Part shown: one piece after another, positions 25,220 through 38,390 of the stretch
Layout of the letters: each line of letters begins with the position of its first letter
How positions within the stretch are numbered: the stretch's first letter is position 1
Assembly: GCA_001938485.1 (NCBI GenBank)
Contig: MQRK01252713.1
Span: 1 to 55,094, forward strand
From: Girardia tigrina
Lineage: Eukaryota
Length of the DNA: 55,094 nucleotides
Reading direction: 5' to 3'
Notes under the pieces: generated by a model
Database searches by the model: none
Told to the model about the DNA's origin: nothing
Seen by the model: only the letters and a program-made list of their open reading frames with translations
Position numbers and translations under genes: made by a program

Positions 25220-27206
25220 AACACATTTTTCAAAAATTTTTTGCCACTTCATTTGGAGGGATGTCCTCAATTGTATTATAAATGTTTGTTTTTAAATACT
25301 CAATTGTATGCGAGTTGTTGTTATTGGTAGAACGTTTGGCTTATCATGGATTATAATGCTTAGATATAAAACTGCATACCAAGCACATATGTTTTTATCA
25401 TACAGCGGCTCCTCATAGTGCTTATTGGAATTGTCTCGAAACTAATAACGAGACAATTCCAACGAGGGGCAACATTCTTCGTTTGTTTTGAAGTAAAAAT
25501 TTCGATCCATAGATCTAATAGATAAAGTTATCATTTGCAATAGTGTTGCTCTTTTGAATTTTCTGTATATTTTAATATTTACATCACCCTTACTTTGTAC
25601 GCTCGCATATGGAACTGCTTCAACAATATCTAAAATGACATTCACTTGATGTTGAGTTGGAAGAATAGATGTCTAGTTAATATATTAATTACTGCTGAAC
25701 AGTATAAACAGTATAGCTATGTATAGCTATGTGGGGCATTAGCAATATGTTACAATACTCAATGATTTATTTGAATGCTGAGTTATTTAAACTATGTTAT
25801 TTGAATAAAATAGTAAAATTAAAAAATAGTGTTTCATTATTTTTCCAAATGATTTAATGGAATTTTTAAAATTATGACACAATTTTCATAATTGAGTTAT
25901 TTGAACCTTTTACAAATCCCCAAGGATTCAAATAAATCAGCGGCTACTGTAATTTAATATTTTTTTACATAAGGCATTTAGAAGGACTTGACTTTTTTTG
26001 GATTTAGTTTAGTAAACGTTTCTTTCAAATAATTTACATTCAAAATAAGTTTCACGTATAAACACTGTTCGATTGAAAACGGTCTTCTGACAACACGATA
26101 TGACCGTTAATATGAGATGAGCCCTTGGCATCACAAGAACCCTCTCAAGCGCTGAATTCAAATATTCCAGGAAGTATGTCTCAAGGTTTTACTTTATCTT
26201 GACCACCCGTATTCCATAAAATTAATAATCAAAATTAATGACTAAATTAAATTACTAATGCATAAAATTTTATAAATGTTTTATAAAAAGTGAAATAAAA
26301 TTAACATATGTATATTATGGAAAACATTTTTTCATTAGTTATTATATTGTTTGAATTTTAAATTTAGAATATCATTTTTATTTAAAAAAAACATTCAATT
26401 TGTTTTTAACCTGTAAAATATATAATTTTTTAAATAAAAATTTATACCAAAGAAATAATATTTTATAATTTATTTACAAAAAAAACAAATTTAAAGAATA
26501 AATAAAAATTTTAAAAAATCACTTTTCATCAAATTAATAAATTTAATATTTAAAAATTTTTTTTGTAATTGAAGTTATAATTAACATATTATTTTATTTA
26601 TTTGCTGTTTGTAAAATTTGTTTTTCTTAAGTAGTGACTGCTTTTTTATTTACAATATTAATGAATAAACATTTTTTTGTTTAATTAAGCCACATTAGTT
26701 CTTCATTGAACATTATATTCGTTTTTTGTCTTTTAAAAGCAAATATAAACTGAAACAATAAACACATTTTGCCATAATGTTTCTGAACATATATCTCATA
26801 GACTGTAAATATCACCGACAATCGATTTTGAAACATTAAAACAAATTAAGTTCAATAATTACCAAAAAAATATAAAAAATAAAATGAGTATATATTAAAA
26901 GAATCTAAAAAATAGGAAAAAACTAATTACATCGGAATGCATTTTCCCTGGAGAAAAATTTCAAAATATAAGTTTTAAGAGACATGGATTTATTGTATTT
27001 AACATTTCGTTTTTTCATATAATAATTTTTTTTTAATTTTCCAAATAATAATTATTAGTTGAATAATGCTCAGAAACTTCGAACTCAGTAATTACTCAAA
27101 TGGTTGGCAAATTAATGGAATCCCCTAAGAACACAATTACCATTATCATATTAGCTTGATTTTCCATTTTTGTAGATTAATAATAAATTTTTATTTATTT
27201 TATAAT

Positions 27207-27745
27207 TGTGAGGAATATTTTAAATTTGGTATGTAGAAATTGGTTTGTTGAATTTTGTATGTTGAGTTTAGTATTTGTAAATGTGTTTCTCCCACCCAGA
27301 TGGAAAATTGATATTTTGGATGTTCACGATAAATAATTATTCGAGTATAATTTATATTTTAAAGTACAGCATAAGATATGTAAAAACATTAAAAATATTA
27401 AATGTTTTCAAATCTTCATATTAAAATTTAAATAAAGTAAATAACGTTTAACTAAGTTTTGAATTAATTAAATGTTCTTTCTTTACATAAAATATTTTTT
27501 AAATAAAATAATATGTAAATAAAAATTAATACTAAAACTACAAAATTTGAATTTTAAAAATAAAATCAGAAAATAATGAAAAATTTGTTCGAATAATTGT
27601 TTATTAAAAAACATTAATAAAAAAATTATCAATTTAGAACGATGTCGAATGACGAGAATTTTGCTGAGAGTTGTCCAAAAGACAATTCTGATTGTATTGA
27701 AAATAAATGTTCGAAAACCAATGTTGGTGTTCTTAATAATAATAA
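27207..27745 (+). repeat. TGTGAGG-terminus repeat, copy 2
   Basis: Starts TGTGAGGAATATTTTAAATT. Inverted homology to 24470-25219. Right boundary is approximate. Confidence 0.55.
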
Positions 27746-30700
27746 ACGTTTTGTTTCACTTTAAAAACTATATTTACATAAAGATTAAAAAAATGCTTTA
27801 TAAATACTTTTTTAAAATTAAATAATAAATAATAAATGTAAACATAACAAAAATAATATAATAAATATACTATAATAATAGTAAAGTATATTGATTATAT
27901 TTGTTATTAAATAATAATTAACGATAGTAGTCGTAAGTAAACATTGACTTTATTAATTTGAAAAAATGTCAGCTGCGGCTGAAAATATTAAATAAACTTT
28001 TTAATTATTTTGCCTGAAAAGAAAATTAATATGAAACTAATCATTAAATGAACCCCATGCTGAATATTTAATTTTTTATAGCGTTTCCATAATAGAATTA
28101 GACAATATCGAAAAAAGATTGAAAAAAGCTTAGATATGTAAAAAGAATATTTAGAAGAATATTTTATAATTTTTAAATAAACTAACTTTTTATAATCTAA
28201 GCTATCTATAGAATTTTATGGCAAATATTATAAATAATATTTATAAATTATTAATCGTAATTAATCAGATCAGTTTGTTTGCAACAAATATGTTTCTTCA
28301 TATATCTGAAGAGGTAGAAATCCCTGTGGGTAAGGTCTGAACTGTATGGAGGATTGAGTATTAAGTAAAACCAACATTTTTCGAGAATTCTCACGCATCA
28401 CATTTTTGGATTGATGTGTTGCCCTGCAGAAACCGCATGGAATGTAGCATTCTTTTCTTTCAACATTTACACATAAGATCAGGGTATTATACAAAGGTGA
28501 GCCTGGTATTTTTCCAGAAAAATTGATAAGGATAACACTAGTGGTTATCCAAAGAAAATTAGGCATCATGCATTTTCTTTTGAAAGTTAAAGATCTCTTC
28601 TGCTTGGAACTTGATTCTCTTTAAAATTGTAAATCACTTGACTCTCATTTATACTCTGAAATATATAGATTGAGAAGGGTTTTATCTTGTGTGATTCTAT
28701 AAGGCAGGAATACCTCATGGAAAGGAGGTTTGTCTGAGAGCATTTTGTTGCTTCTCACAAAACTCTAACGAAAGAAAGAGTTGATCAAATCTATATCTTC
28801 CTACTTCCTAATTCATATAGTATTGGTTGTAAGGCTCCTTTACTCATATTCACAGCATCAGCCGACGCAAAGTCAAGCAACATTGGATGCTCGATGTGGG
28901 CAACCTGCAAGAACAATTCCGCTTGACCAATATTAGCGACATCTAATTTATCTCGACATTTCAATCGTGGAATACCTGGTGATAACGTACAGCTGTGCCA
29001 TAACCATCAATGACGAAGATACAGTACTTATTCTTATGTTTATTTTTAGTATAAGTCTGCATTTATTATGATTATTTTTTATCTGTGATAATTTGAATTC
29101 CTAAGCGTAACTTTTATCTAGAATCTTGATTTAATTGATCATTCGTTCATTTCGTGTAGCAATCGAGTATGTTTTGTTGAGTGCATGACAATGATATTTT
29201 TATGTATGTTAGAACGCCTATTTTATTAATTTATGCTATTCTAATAGTTTATTTCAAAAACACACTTTTCCCCAATCAAATCTTAGTCCAAAACTACTTG
29301 GATTATATCACAATGCAAACACATAATATGTCAATCATAGGCCGAATAAATAGAGTTCTGTTGTGCCAATACAGTGTTTAAGTATTCTATAACAATCAAT
29401 GTCAGCGGATTTTTGTCGCATTGAGAAAATCAACAAATTGATTTCCACAACATTAGCTGTGACGCATCCAACCGGATCACTATTCATTCATCAGGTTTTC
29501 TGGTTTAGCCGGTACTGGAAATTCGTCTCACATGGCACTCTTACCCATGAATTTCCATCAAACTACCGACACCTAAACCACTCGCATTGTGAGTTTCACC
29601 TGATGAATGTTTAGTAACAGTTTAAAAATGGAATCAACTTTTGTTCAAAAAACGTCATGGTGACAATTTCAGTTGACATATTTTTACTGGTACAGAAACA
29701 TACGTATTGCTGATTTGCAACTCAGGAACCCAATCTATTTATTTCCATACCACCAATTGAATTGACATTTAGACTCTCTAATTATGTAACAATCTGATGT
29801 TCATAATGCTAAATAATAAATGTTCCTGATTATTTTGTATTTATTAATTTATTTAGTTAATGGAAAGCAGAGATCCACTCGCTCTCCTTTTTAATTACAA
29901 TTATTATTATTACAATTTCATTATAATAATAACTAATAATAACACTCAAATTGATAATTAATAATTAATTGCATGAATAAATTATTAATAAATTAACTAA
30001 ATACATAAATTATTTCTATATTGATTTCAAGTCTAAGAAAAATTTAAGCTATTTATTTTCTTCTTAATTTTTGTTGGGGGGCAGATCGGAAGTCTTTACG
30101 TTTTTCTAGAATTAAAAAAAATAATTAATTTTTTTACTGAACTTCGGGAACTTCACACAGACAAAATGATAGGCAGAAATCCTAATTCTATGATAAAGAA
30201 AATTATGTAATTCATTAATCGATTTATTTATTAAATGAATTAATACTTTTATTACCGAGTTTACCAACTTCTACTTCTCTAATCGGCGGCGGAGCAAGAT
30301 TTCCGAACTCCTCTCGTCGAGTAAGTCTTGGATCAAACGATTTTTTATCCAAATTCATTATATTTTCTTCTTTGGGTTGCGTATTGTTGATATCGATTTT
30401 TTTGTATTTATATTGACCCTAGTCATCGTTGATTCATCGACTTATCATCGTCAGATCGGGGCGGAGGTACATCGTAGGAATCGCCTCGTCGCGTAGATTC
30501 CGGATCAATCGGTTGTGTTGTCATTTTAAAAAAAATATTTGTTTTACTGAAATCCGGGAACTTCATACAGACAGAATGACAGAAATCATAATTCTATTAT
30601 AATATTAATTATTATTATTAATTTTATTATTATTATTATTATTATCATTGTGTTTGATCTTAGCATCCGCTTAACGAAGGATCTGATGGATGAAATTGAT

Positions 30701-32485
30701 GGTAATTATAATTTTATTTTTACTTATTAAACTCATTTGATTCTTCTCATGATATATTATTATATTCATCATTATCATCCATAATTGTCAGTTAATTATA
30801 CTTTATCTCTATATATTTACTTCGTTTCAGATAAATATAAATTATTTTGTTTTTATGATTTTGAAAATTTTTATTTTTTGTATGTTGTATTGAAAACTAT
30901 AATATTAATTTATATTTATAATATTAATTGATGTTAAAATATAACATAGTATTAAAACCTTGGAACCATTTTAATCAGTACCCACATATTGAGTTTATAG
31001 TCTTAATAATATAATTTATATAAAAGATTTTTGAATTAATTCAGATCAGATGAAGGTAAACGTACTTATTATTTGTATATTGAATCAATTGATGATTTAA
31101 AACATTTTTATTCTTTGATAAAATCAAAAGTAAAGTTTCATGTGATATAAAATAGAATTGAAAATATGCTCTAATTGATAGTTGGTTTCTTGTGATGAAG
31201 TAAAAGCTGTTGACTGAAACAAGTAATAACAAGTAGTGCTCAAATACAGTTTTAGTACCAAGCTGTAGAACCAACGAACCTTGAAGTACCATTTAGAAAG
31301 GTTTCAAGTCAATTGTTCTCAAGACAGTTCACACTTGAATAAAACCAACAATCAAAATGTTAAACATTATAATATGAATATTAAATGAACCGTTAAATGC
31401 TAAGAATAATTAACATTGGTGAAGTTTTTATATACTTCTTACATAAATCAGAGTTAATTATCATTCAAAAGTAAATTTTTCACTATAGAAATGAAAAAAA
31501 GTGTTTTTAATACTTAATTTTTTTAAATATTTTTAACTGGGATTTTGTAATTAATGTATCAAAGTTTTAAAATGAGTTATCTTAATATTTAATAAAAACA
31601 GTCATATATACAGGGTACCATTAAAACTAGAAGGACGGTGACAGTCAAAATGCCCATAGTTGTAATTAAAATATGCTTTTTTTGACAATAGTTCTTAATT
31701 ATGATTGTTTTTCAACTTTTCCTGACTCTTTGTGACATATGACAGGCTCAATTTGTTGGTCCTTGCTTTGGCCATTTTTGCCGACCATCTGGTGTTACAA
31801 GGGTAGCGAATTAAAAACGAAAATTAAAACTAAACAATATAAAAGTTTGTGAAATACTCTTTCTATGTCTCTAGATTTAGGATATCTCTATAAAATCTAC
31901 AAAAATACATATATCAAAACATAGTTAAACGTTATTTGGATCTCTTCCTTACAAAAGAGTGTCCCTAAAGATAATATCTTATGATGATACGTTCAAAACA
32001 AATTGAACCGAAAGGGCGGGTATATATTTTAAGTTAACTCTAGTCAAATGGAAAAATACAGCTTTATTATTGATTCTTAGAATTCAGTCAGATTCATTTT
32101 TTCGGGTCGAAGTTTGGATTATTCCTGACCATTCTGTGTTGATTGTAGCGGAATCGGGTTTCTTCTAATTAACTGATGATTTGATTGCTCTATCGTAACA
32201 AGTTTTGTTTACATATTGGAACTACGGAAGAAGGTGCGCTGATTAAGTCAATGTTAATGGATGAAATTATTTCTTTTCTTAATAACGAGAAAATATCATA
32301 CGAATAACAATTTATTTTATTAAAATTCACTACATGTTTTGTTCTTAACAGAACATTATCAGGTGGATCGTCCATTGAAAAAACAATCAATAAACATTGA
32401 AAAATAAATGAATCGTTTGTAACAAACACAGAAATTTTCTTTATCAGAATTCTAATTGGATAATATAAAATACTTATAAATATAA

Positions 32486-32940
32486 TGTGAGGGATAATTT
32501 GAAATGTTGTAAGTTTGTTGTTTGTATGTTGTTTAGATTTGTGACTCTCCTACTCAGATGGGATTGATATGTTTATTGATTGATTATTTGAATCCAATGA
32601 AATTAATTTTATTAAAGTTTTATAATTATGAATTTTAATAATATTTTTAGTAAACGATTTTAACTTATTAAATTTAATATATTTTAAAAAAGTTTTGATT
32701 TTTGTTTAATTTTTGTTCTTTTAAAAAATTACGTAATGCCTTTTTATCCAATAAAATTTAAGAAATTAAAAATTAATATTAAAAACTTTCCCATTCATTG
32801 TTTTTTTAAATTTGAATACAGAAACAAAAAATTATATCAATCAAAGAAAGATGACCTCTGAAAATTGTTGTTAAGAATCTGTTTGTGTTGTAAATAAATG
32901 TTTCCATTCAAATTGTGATGTTGTTAATATATAGTTAATA
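32486..32940 (+). repeat. TGTGAGG-terminus repeat, copy 3
   Basis: Starts TGTGAGGGATAATTTGAAAT and contains CTCCTACTCAGATGG. Confidence 0.5.
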
Positions 32941-33439
32941 TATATTTAAAGTCAAATAAAAATATATATATAGCTGCCACCACTGATATGGAATTAATTG
33001 TTTTTAACTTTTGTAGTTCTTGAAATATTGGAATTTGTTTTATCTTTTTTGTGAATGTTTTTTAAAAAATATTAAAAAATAGATCATTAAAAGAACTGCA
33101 AATTATCCAACTGAACATAGACTTTTTAACGTTAAAAAAGATGGAGAAGAAAAATATGGTTCTTGGCAATAGATTTCTTGTTATACAACTGAACTATATT
33201 TTTTAAATTAACGATATATTAAGTCATGAAAATATTATATAATTAAAATATTAAAAATTCTTCATTTAAAAAGATAATTCACTGTTTGTTTTCTCTGATT
33301 TATTGGATTTTTTAATATTTTTTTTCTAGAGCACATACGACAAAAACCTTTAATCCAATTATAATGCCTCGAGTTCGTTTTTGATTAAAAATTTTACTAA
33401 AGATTTAACCCAGTTTTTAACTTTAAGAGTAGAATGAAG

Positions 33440-33830
33440 ATCACTAACATCTAGGCAACACTTCTCTATGAATCATTAGAGCGGAAAAAAACATTTAGGC
33501 GTTTAAACGGAAGTTTTACAGGAGAATTCTGAAGATCACATTGAAAGAAAATAGGACAACGATTTGGAAGAGAGTGACAGAGTTACTATGCGAAAGACCG
33601 GAATAAATAGAAGGAAGTTAAAATTATACGAACATCAGATAAGAAAACAAGCACTAGTTAAGATTAAAATTAAAGGAAGAGTTCAAAAAAAGAATAAGAG
33701 ACAATCGGTTTGCGGAACATGGAAGGTCTGAAATGCATAGCTTAAATAGAGACTAGTGGCGAAGGCTTATAAAGGTTTGGGTGCTGTCACGTCCAAACGG
33801 TTAGGTTCCAAAAGAAAAAAAGAAAGAAGT
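33440..33830 (+). mobile_element. RTE-clade LINE 3' end remnant
   Basis: FYRRILKITLKENRT motif and an AAG-rich tail after CAAACGGTTAGG. Homologous to 1655-1975. Confidence 0.65.
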
Positions 33831-33900
33831 GTTATTTATTTATATAAAATTTAATAAAAGACATGCTTTACTTTCGAAGAAATACGGTAAATATTTTAAA

Positions 33901-33936
<36 letters not shown>

Positions 33937-34299
33937 ATAACTTTGAATTTATTATTATTATATTTTTGAATTATTTATTTTGAAATATTTTTTTATTATT
34001 TTTTGCGATATAAAACCTTTATTTGAAATAAAATAAGTTATGTTCCATAAGAAGAACATTGATATGATTTTCAAAACATTTATTAATATCACAACTCGAA
34101 TTACCCAAGGACAATTCTCAACAAAACCTGTGTAGCTACATATCGGTCTTGATTGATAAATTTTTAATTTTCCGTCTTAACCTATTATTATTCAAACAAA
34201 TAAAAATTAAAATTATTTTAAAATATATTTTAAATATATAATTTATGATTGAGATATATTAATTTAATTTTAAAGTTGTTATTTACATTTTAAATTGTC

Positions 34300-34419
34300 T
34301 AAATAAACCGATGGTTTAAAATATTTAAAATATCAATCTTCCATCTGGGTGGGAGAAACATACCTAAAACAATATATTAAACAAAATACAATAAACATCA
34401 TTCAAAAATATTCCTCACA
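34300..34419 (-). repeat. TGTGAGG-terminus repeat, copy 4 (partial)
   Basis: CCATCTGGGTGGGAGAAACA...AAAATATTCCTCACA, ending at 34419. Confidence 0.5.
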
Positions 34420-35499
34420 TTGCAGAAGCCTGAAAAACTGCTTATAGAAAAAAAACGTTTTCAATAAAAAATGAGACGAAAATCGAACCGAGATCAAACT
34501 CAAAACAATTTCCATCTTGGCAAACAAAATGTCATATATTAATTCAAATAAATGGGATTTTATTTAATTTCCATCGTCAGACTGAAGTCGGTGTTGGTGG
34601 CGGTCTTTCCAATGTTGAATCTTCATTTAAATCATTAAAAGTAAATTCGTTTCAAACGTGACAAATGTGATAATTTCCTCAACCAAACTCCTACAAATAT
34701 TCATATTTTATTACTGAAATTTATCTCAGATTTTAATTGAAAAATTTATTTTTCCTTTATTTTTTACAGATAATTTTAAATTTTATTTATTTTTTCTATT
34801 AATAATAGTGATTTTATCAAAAATAATAATAAAAAAATAAAAATAACCACATGGAAAATATTTTTTTATTTTTTTTGGGAAAAGAAAATAATTTACTGAA
34901 TATTTTATTGAGATTTATTTCTTTGTTTTATTGCTTTGGATGTTCTTTTGATTAAATTATAATGTAATAAGACGATTTCCGAGACAAAAGATCGTCACGA
35001 TCATAGTTTTAGTTTCAATAAGATCAATTATATTTTTTTCTTATAGAAGGAAGTCAGAAAATGTGCCAGATTCAATTTTACAAAAACAATGTTTCATCAG
35101 ATATAAAGTCTTTACATCCTTCATAAAACTGAAAATAGGAATGTAAGTAACACATCTTATAATACAATTATCAAGGATTTTAAACATTTTCTAATTTACG
35201 TTGCTAATTTTAGTAGGAAACGTTTAAGATTAAGGAGAACCAAAATTTATTTCCGATTTTTGAACAAATCGTGAAACTTGATTTGTTTTCAAGGAAGACA
35301 CTTTTGCGTTTGGTGGAATTTCGAAGGTTTAATTCAGTTCGAGCAACTTTCAAATGGTCAAGCTATCGTCGCAAAACTTTATTGTGTACTCTTGGGTCAA
35401 CCGAAAGTGAACTCTTCTGTAGCAATATAACACAAAACTGGACACCGCCAGACTAACCCATGAAAGATAAGAAACTTTGACGCCATTGAACTTCTTTCA

Positions 35500-35760
35500 T
35501 TACCATCTTTTAGTCGGACCTTACGCAATCCGACTATTAACTTTTCAGTTTTATAGTGTACTTTCTTTGTAACTGTAGTGACCCAGTCACTTAATACCAC
35601 TACACTTAACGTTCGGACATTCTCGTCTAACATGACCTTCCTCATGGCAGGCCCAATAAATTATTTTCTTGACTTTATGATTTCGCCTTGTACCGTCTCT
35701 CTTTACTTAGTCGTTCCGTGATTTTGGTGTTCTTCTTTTATTCTCTACAGTTTTCCAATC
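35500..35760 (-). mobile_element. Gypsy gag remnant (CCHC zinc knuckles)
   Basis: Minus frame reads IYWACHEEGHVRRECPNVKCSGIK*LGHYSYK, i.e. two decayed CX2CX4HX4C knuckles. Confidence 0.7.
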
Positions 35761-38390
35761 GCAACCGTTGCCATGGTAACGGCTTACCCCTCCCCCGGGG
35801 GGTGAGGGAGAACATACATTTTTCCCCTACTGATGAAACTATACGCCACTAATCACAGACNNNNNNNNNNNNNNNNNNNNNNNNNNNNNNNNNNNNNNNN
35901 NNNNNNNNNNNNNNNNNNNNNNNNNNNNNNNNNNNNNNNNNNNNNNNNNNNNNNNNNNNNNNNNNNNNNNNNNNNNNNNNNNNNNNNNNNNNNNNNNNNN
36001 NNNNNNNNNNNNNNNNNNNNNNNNNNNNNNNNNNNNNNNNNNNNNNNNNNNNNNNNNNNNNNNNATGGTTACGGTAACCATGGTACTTGTGATTATACTT
36101 GTGTACCTTAGATGATTGTACAGATGTTATGTATTATATTGATGTATGAAGTACAATAGGAGTTTTATACATGTCGTTTTTACATGAAAAATAAAATGTT
36201 ATGTATCTTGATTATGGTAACGATGGTACTTGTGATTGATGATGAGGTACATTGATCAATTCATGAAGTATTGTTTGATGGTAAACAACACACATATATC
36301 AAATTTGATGGTTGATAGCATGATGGTAATAATTGATAAGGTAGTTCTTTTAGAATTTTATATATTATTCTGTGTTTTTTACATGTTCAGCTTTGTATTG
36401 ATATAATGAATGCAATACGTTGACATGATGGATACAATATGTTGACATGAAGGATGCATGACGATATCTCCTTGGATACGGCCATGTTTTGAATGGTGAT
36501 ACGATATTGGTTGATAACATAGTATAATATCTATTATATAATATTTGAACACATAATATGCATATGTTCGAAAAAGCACTACGTATTTATTTTTCCAAAA
36601 ATCTAAGATGATATTCTGACTATTCATATATGAGTTACTGCCTAGAGCTCCATGTGTTCAAACAGATTTTTCATATTTTGCTTTCTTCATCTTATATACT
36701 CTATGAAAGTTCTCTCTCACTTTACACTATAAAACACAACATCTCAATAATCAATATATGTGCATTTTTTCGAGAATCTAAGATCATATTCCATCTATCT
36801 ACCTATGGGTTACTCCCTACAGCTCCATGTGTTCTGAGAGATTTTTGATATTTTGCTTGCTTCACCATCTGTACCCTATGGGCATTCTCCACCACTGTGG
36901 GAATTCGACACACTTTAAACTATATTATATTAAAACATGAATACATTGCACTTTGTACAATTGTGAACTTATTGATTTCACACACTTGCACATGTACAGT
37001 ATTGATAAGCACATGTGCAGCCTAGGCAGCCTGCCTAGGCTTAGTGCAATATTGATTTTTGCACTTTTTGTGTAATTTTGATGGTTTTTACATGTTTTTC
37101 ATGATTTTTAAGGCGTTTTTCATTGTTTTTAAGGTAGCAATGATGGTTTCTAAGGTGTTTTCGACAATATATATATATATATATATATNNNNNNNNNNNN
37201 NNNNNNNNNNNNNNNNNNNNNNNNNNNNNNNNNNNNNNNNNNNNNNNNNNNNNNNNNNNNNNNNNNNNNNNNNNNNNNNNNNNNNNNNTTTGATGGTTGA
37301 TATCTGGCTAGGCCTAGGTGATGTCTAGGCTGAGGTACATTAGATGATTATACAGATGTTATGTATTATATTGATTTAAGTTTGAAGTACAATAGGAGTT
37401 TTTACATGTAGATTTTACATGTAAAATAAAATGTTATGTATCTTGGTTACGGTAACCATGGTACTTGTGATTGATGATGAGGTACATTGAGCGATTCATG
37501 TAGTATTGTATGATGGTAAACAACACACATATATCATATGGGTTTCATATATATACGAAAAAATCAATTTTTGAGCACTTTCTTGATAATTTCAGAAATG
37601 TTCAAAAAAATCGATATTTCAGCATTTTTTCGAAAATGTTGACATGGAATCTGAATGTACGTATATGGGTTCCTATTCAAGTGCATCAGCACTTTTTTGA
37701 TATACTGCTTCCTTGTACCTTTAAAATCAATGTGCAATTTGAGCAAATTTGCATATTATGCTTATTATAGAGAAAATTTGAATTGCACATTCAAATAGAG
37801 AATCAAAATGTGCATCAAACAAATGATATCGATTTTTGACACTGGTACTTTTAAAAAAATTTTGTGTATTGATTTTTACACTTTTGCACATGTGCAACTT
37901 AAAAAGCACTGTGCTAGTACATTAGAAATGTGCGGCAAAATGTGCACTATCGATTAGTATTTTAAAAATATCGATTAGCATATCTGGGCACTGTGCAGTG
38001 ATCGATTAGCACTTTTTTCTACGGTCCTTAGTGATAGGGTTACGGTTGCTATGGATACGGGAACCGTTACCATGGTTACAACCGCCTTGTATCATTGTAT
38101 CCTTTGGTAATGAAAAACGTCCCTTGGTTACCGTTGCTATGGTAACCAAGACCTTGGTTACCGTCACCAAGTGAACTTGAACCGTTGCTATGGTGATCAT
38201 GACCGTTGCTGGGGAACCGAGAACCAATCAGAAGCATTTCCAAGTGAACCGGAACCGTTGCTAGGGCTACAGGAACCAATCAGAAGCGTTTCCAAGTGAA
38301 CCGGAACCGTTGCTATGGTGATCGCGATCGTTGCCATGGTAACGGCCTACCCCCCCTATGATGAAACTATACGCCACTAATCATAGACCT
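35761..38390. repeat. ~2.6 kb non-coding element with direct terminal repeats, internal duplications and an X-box array
   Basis: CGTTGCCATGGTAACGGC...TGATGAAACTATACGCCACTAATCA(C/T)AGAC occurs at 35766-35860 and 38329-38388. 36110-36300 is repeated at 37340-37535, and 36595-36690 at 36770-36865. Contains two gaps. Confidence 0.7.
38045..38343. promoter_or_regulatory. Array of about 8 RFX X-box-like palindromes with two CCAAT boxes
   Basis: GTT(G/A)CYATGG(N)AAC-like sites at 38045, 38066, 38133, 38184, 38205, 38257, 38309 and 38330. AACCAATCAG at 38222 and 38274. Confidence 0.55.

Noticed and set aside
34560-34700. Possible terminal exon (NDLNEDSTLERPPPTPTSV*) on the minus strand
   Set aside because: An upstream in-frame stop lies between it and the best acceptor, and the strand is ambiguous.
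38221-38324. Regular repeats as a possible CRISPR array
   Set aside because: Simple 52-bp tandem duplication without unique spacers, in a eukaryotic context with no cas genes.
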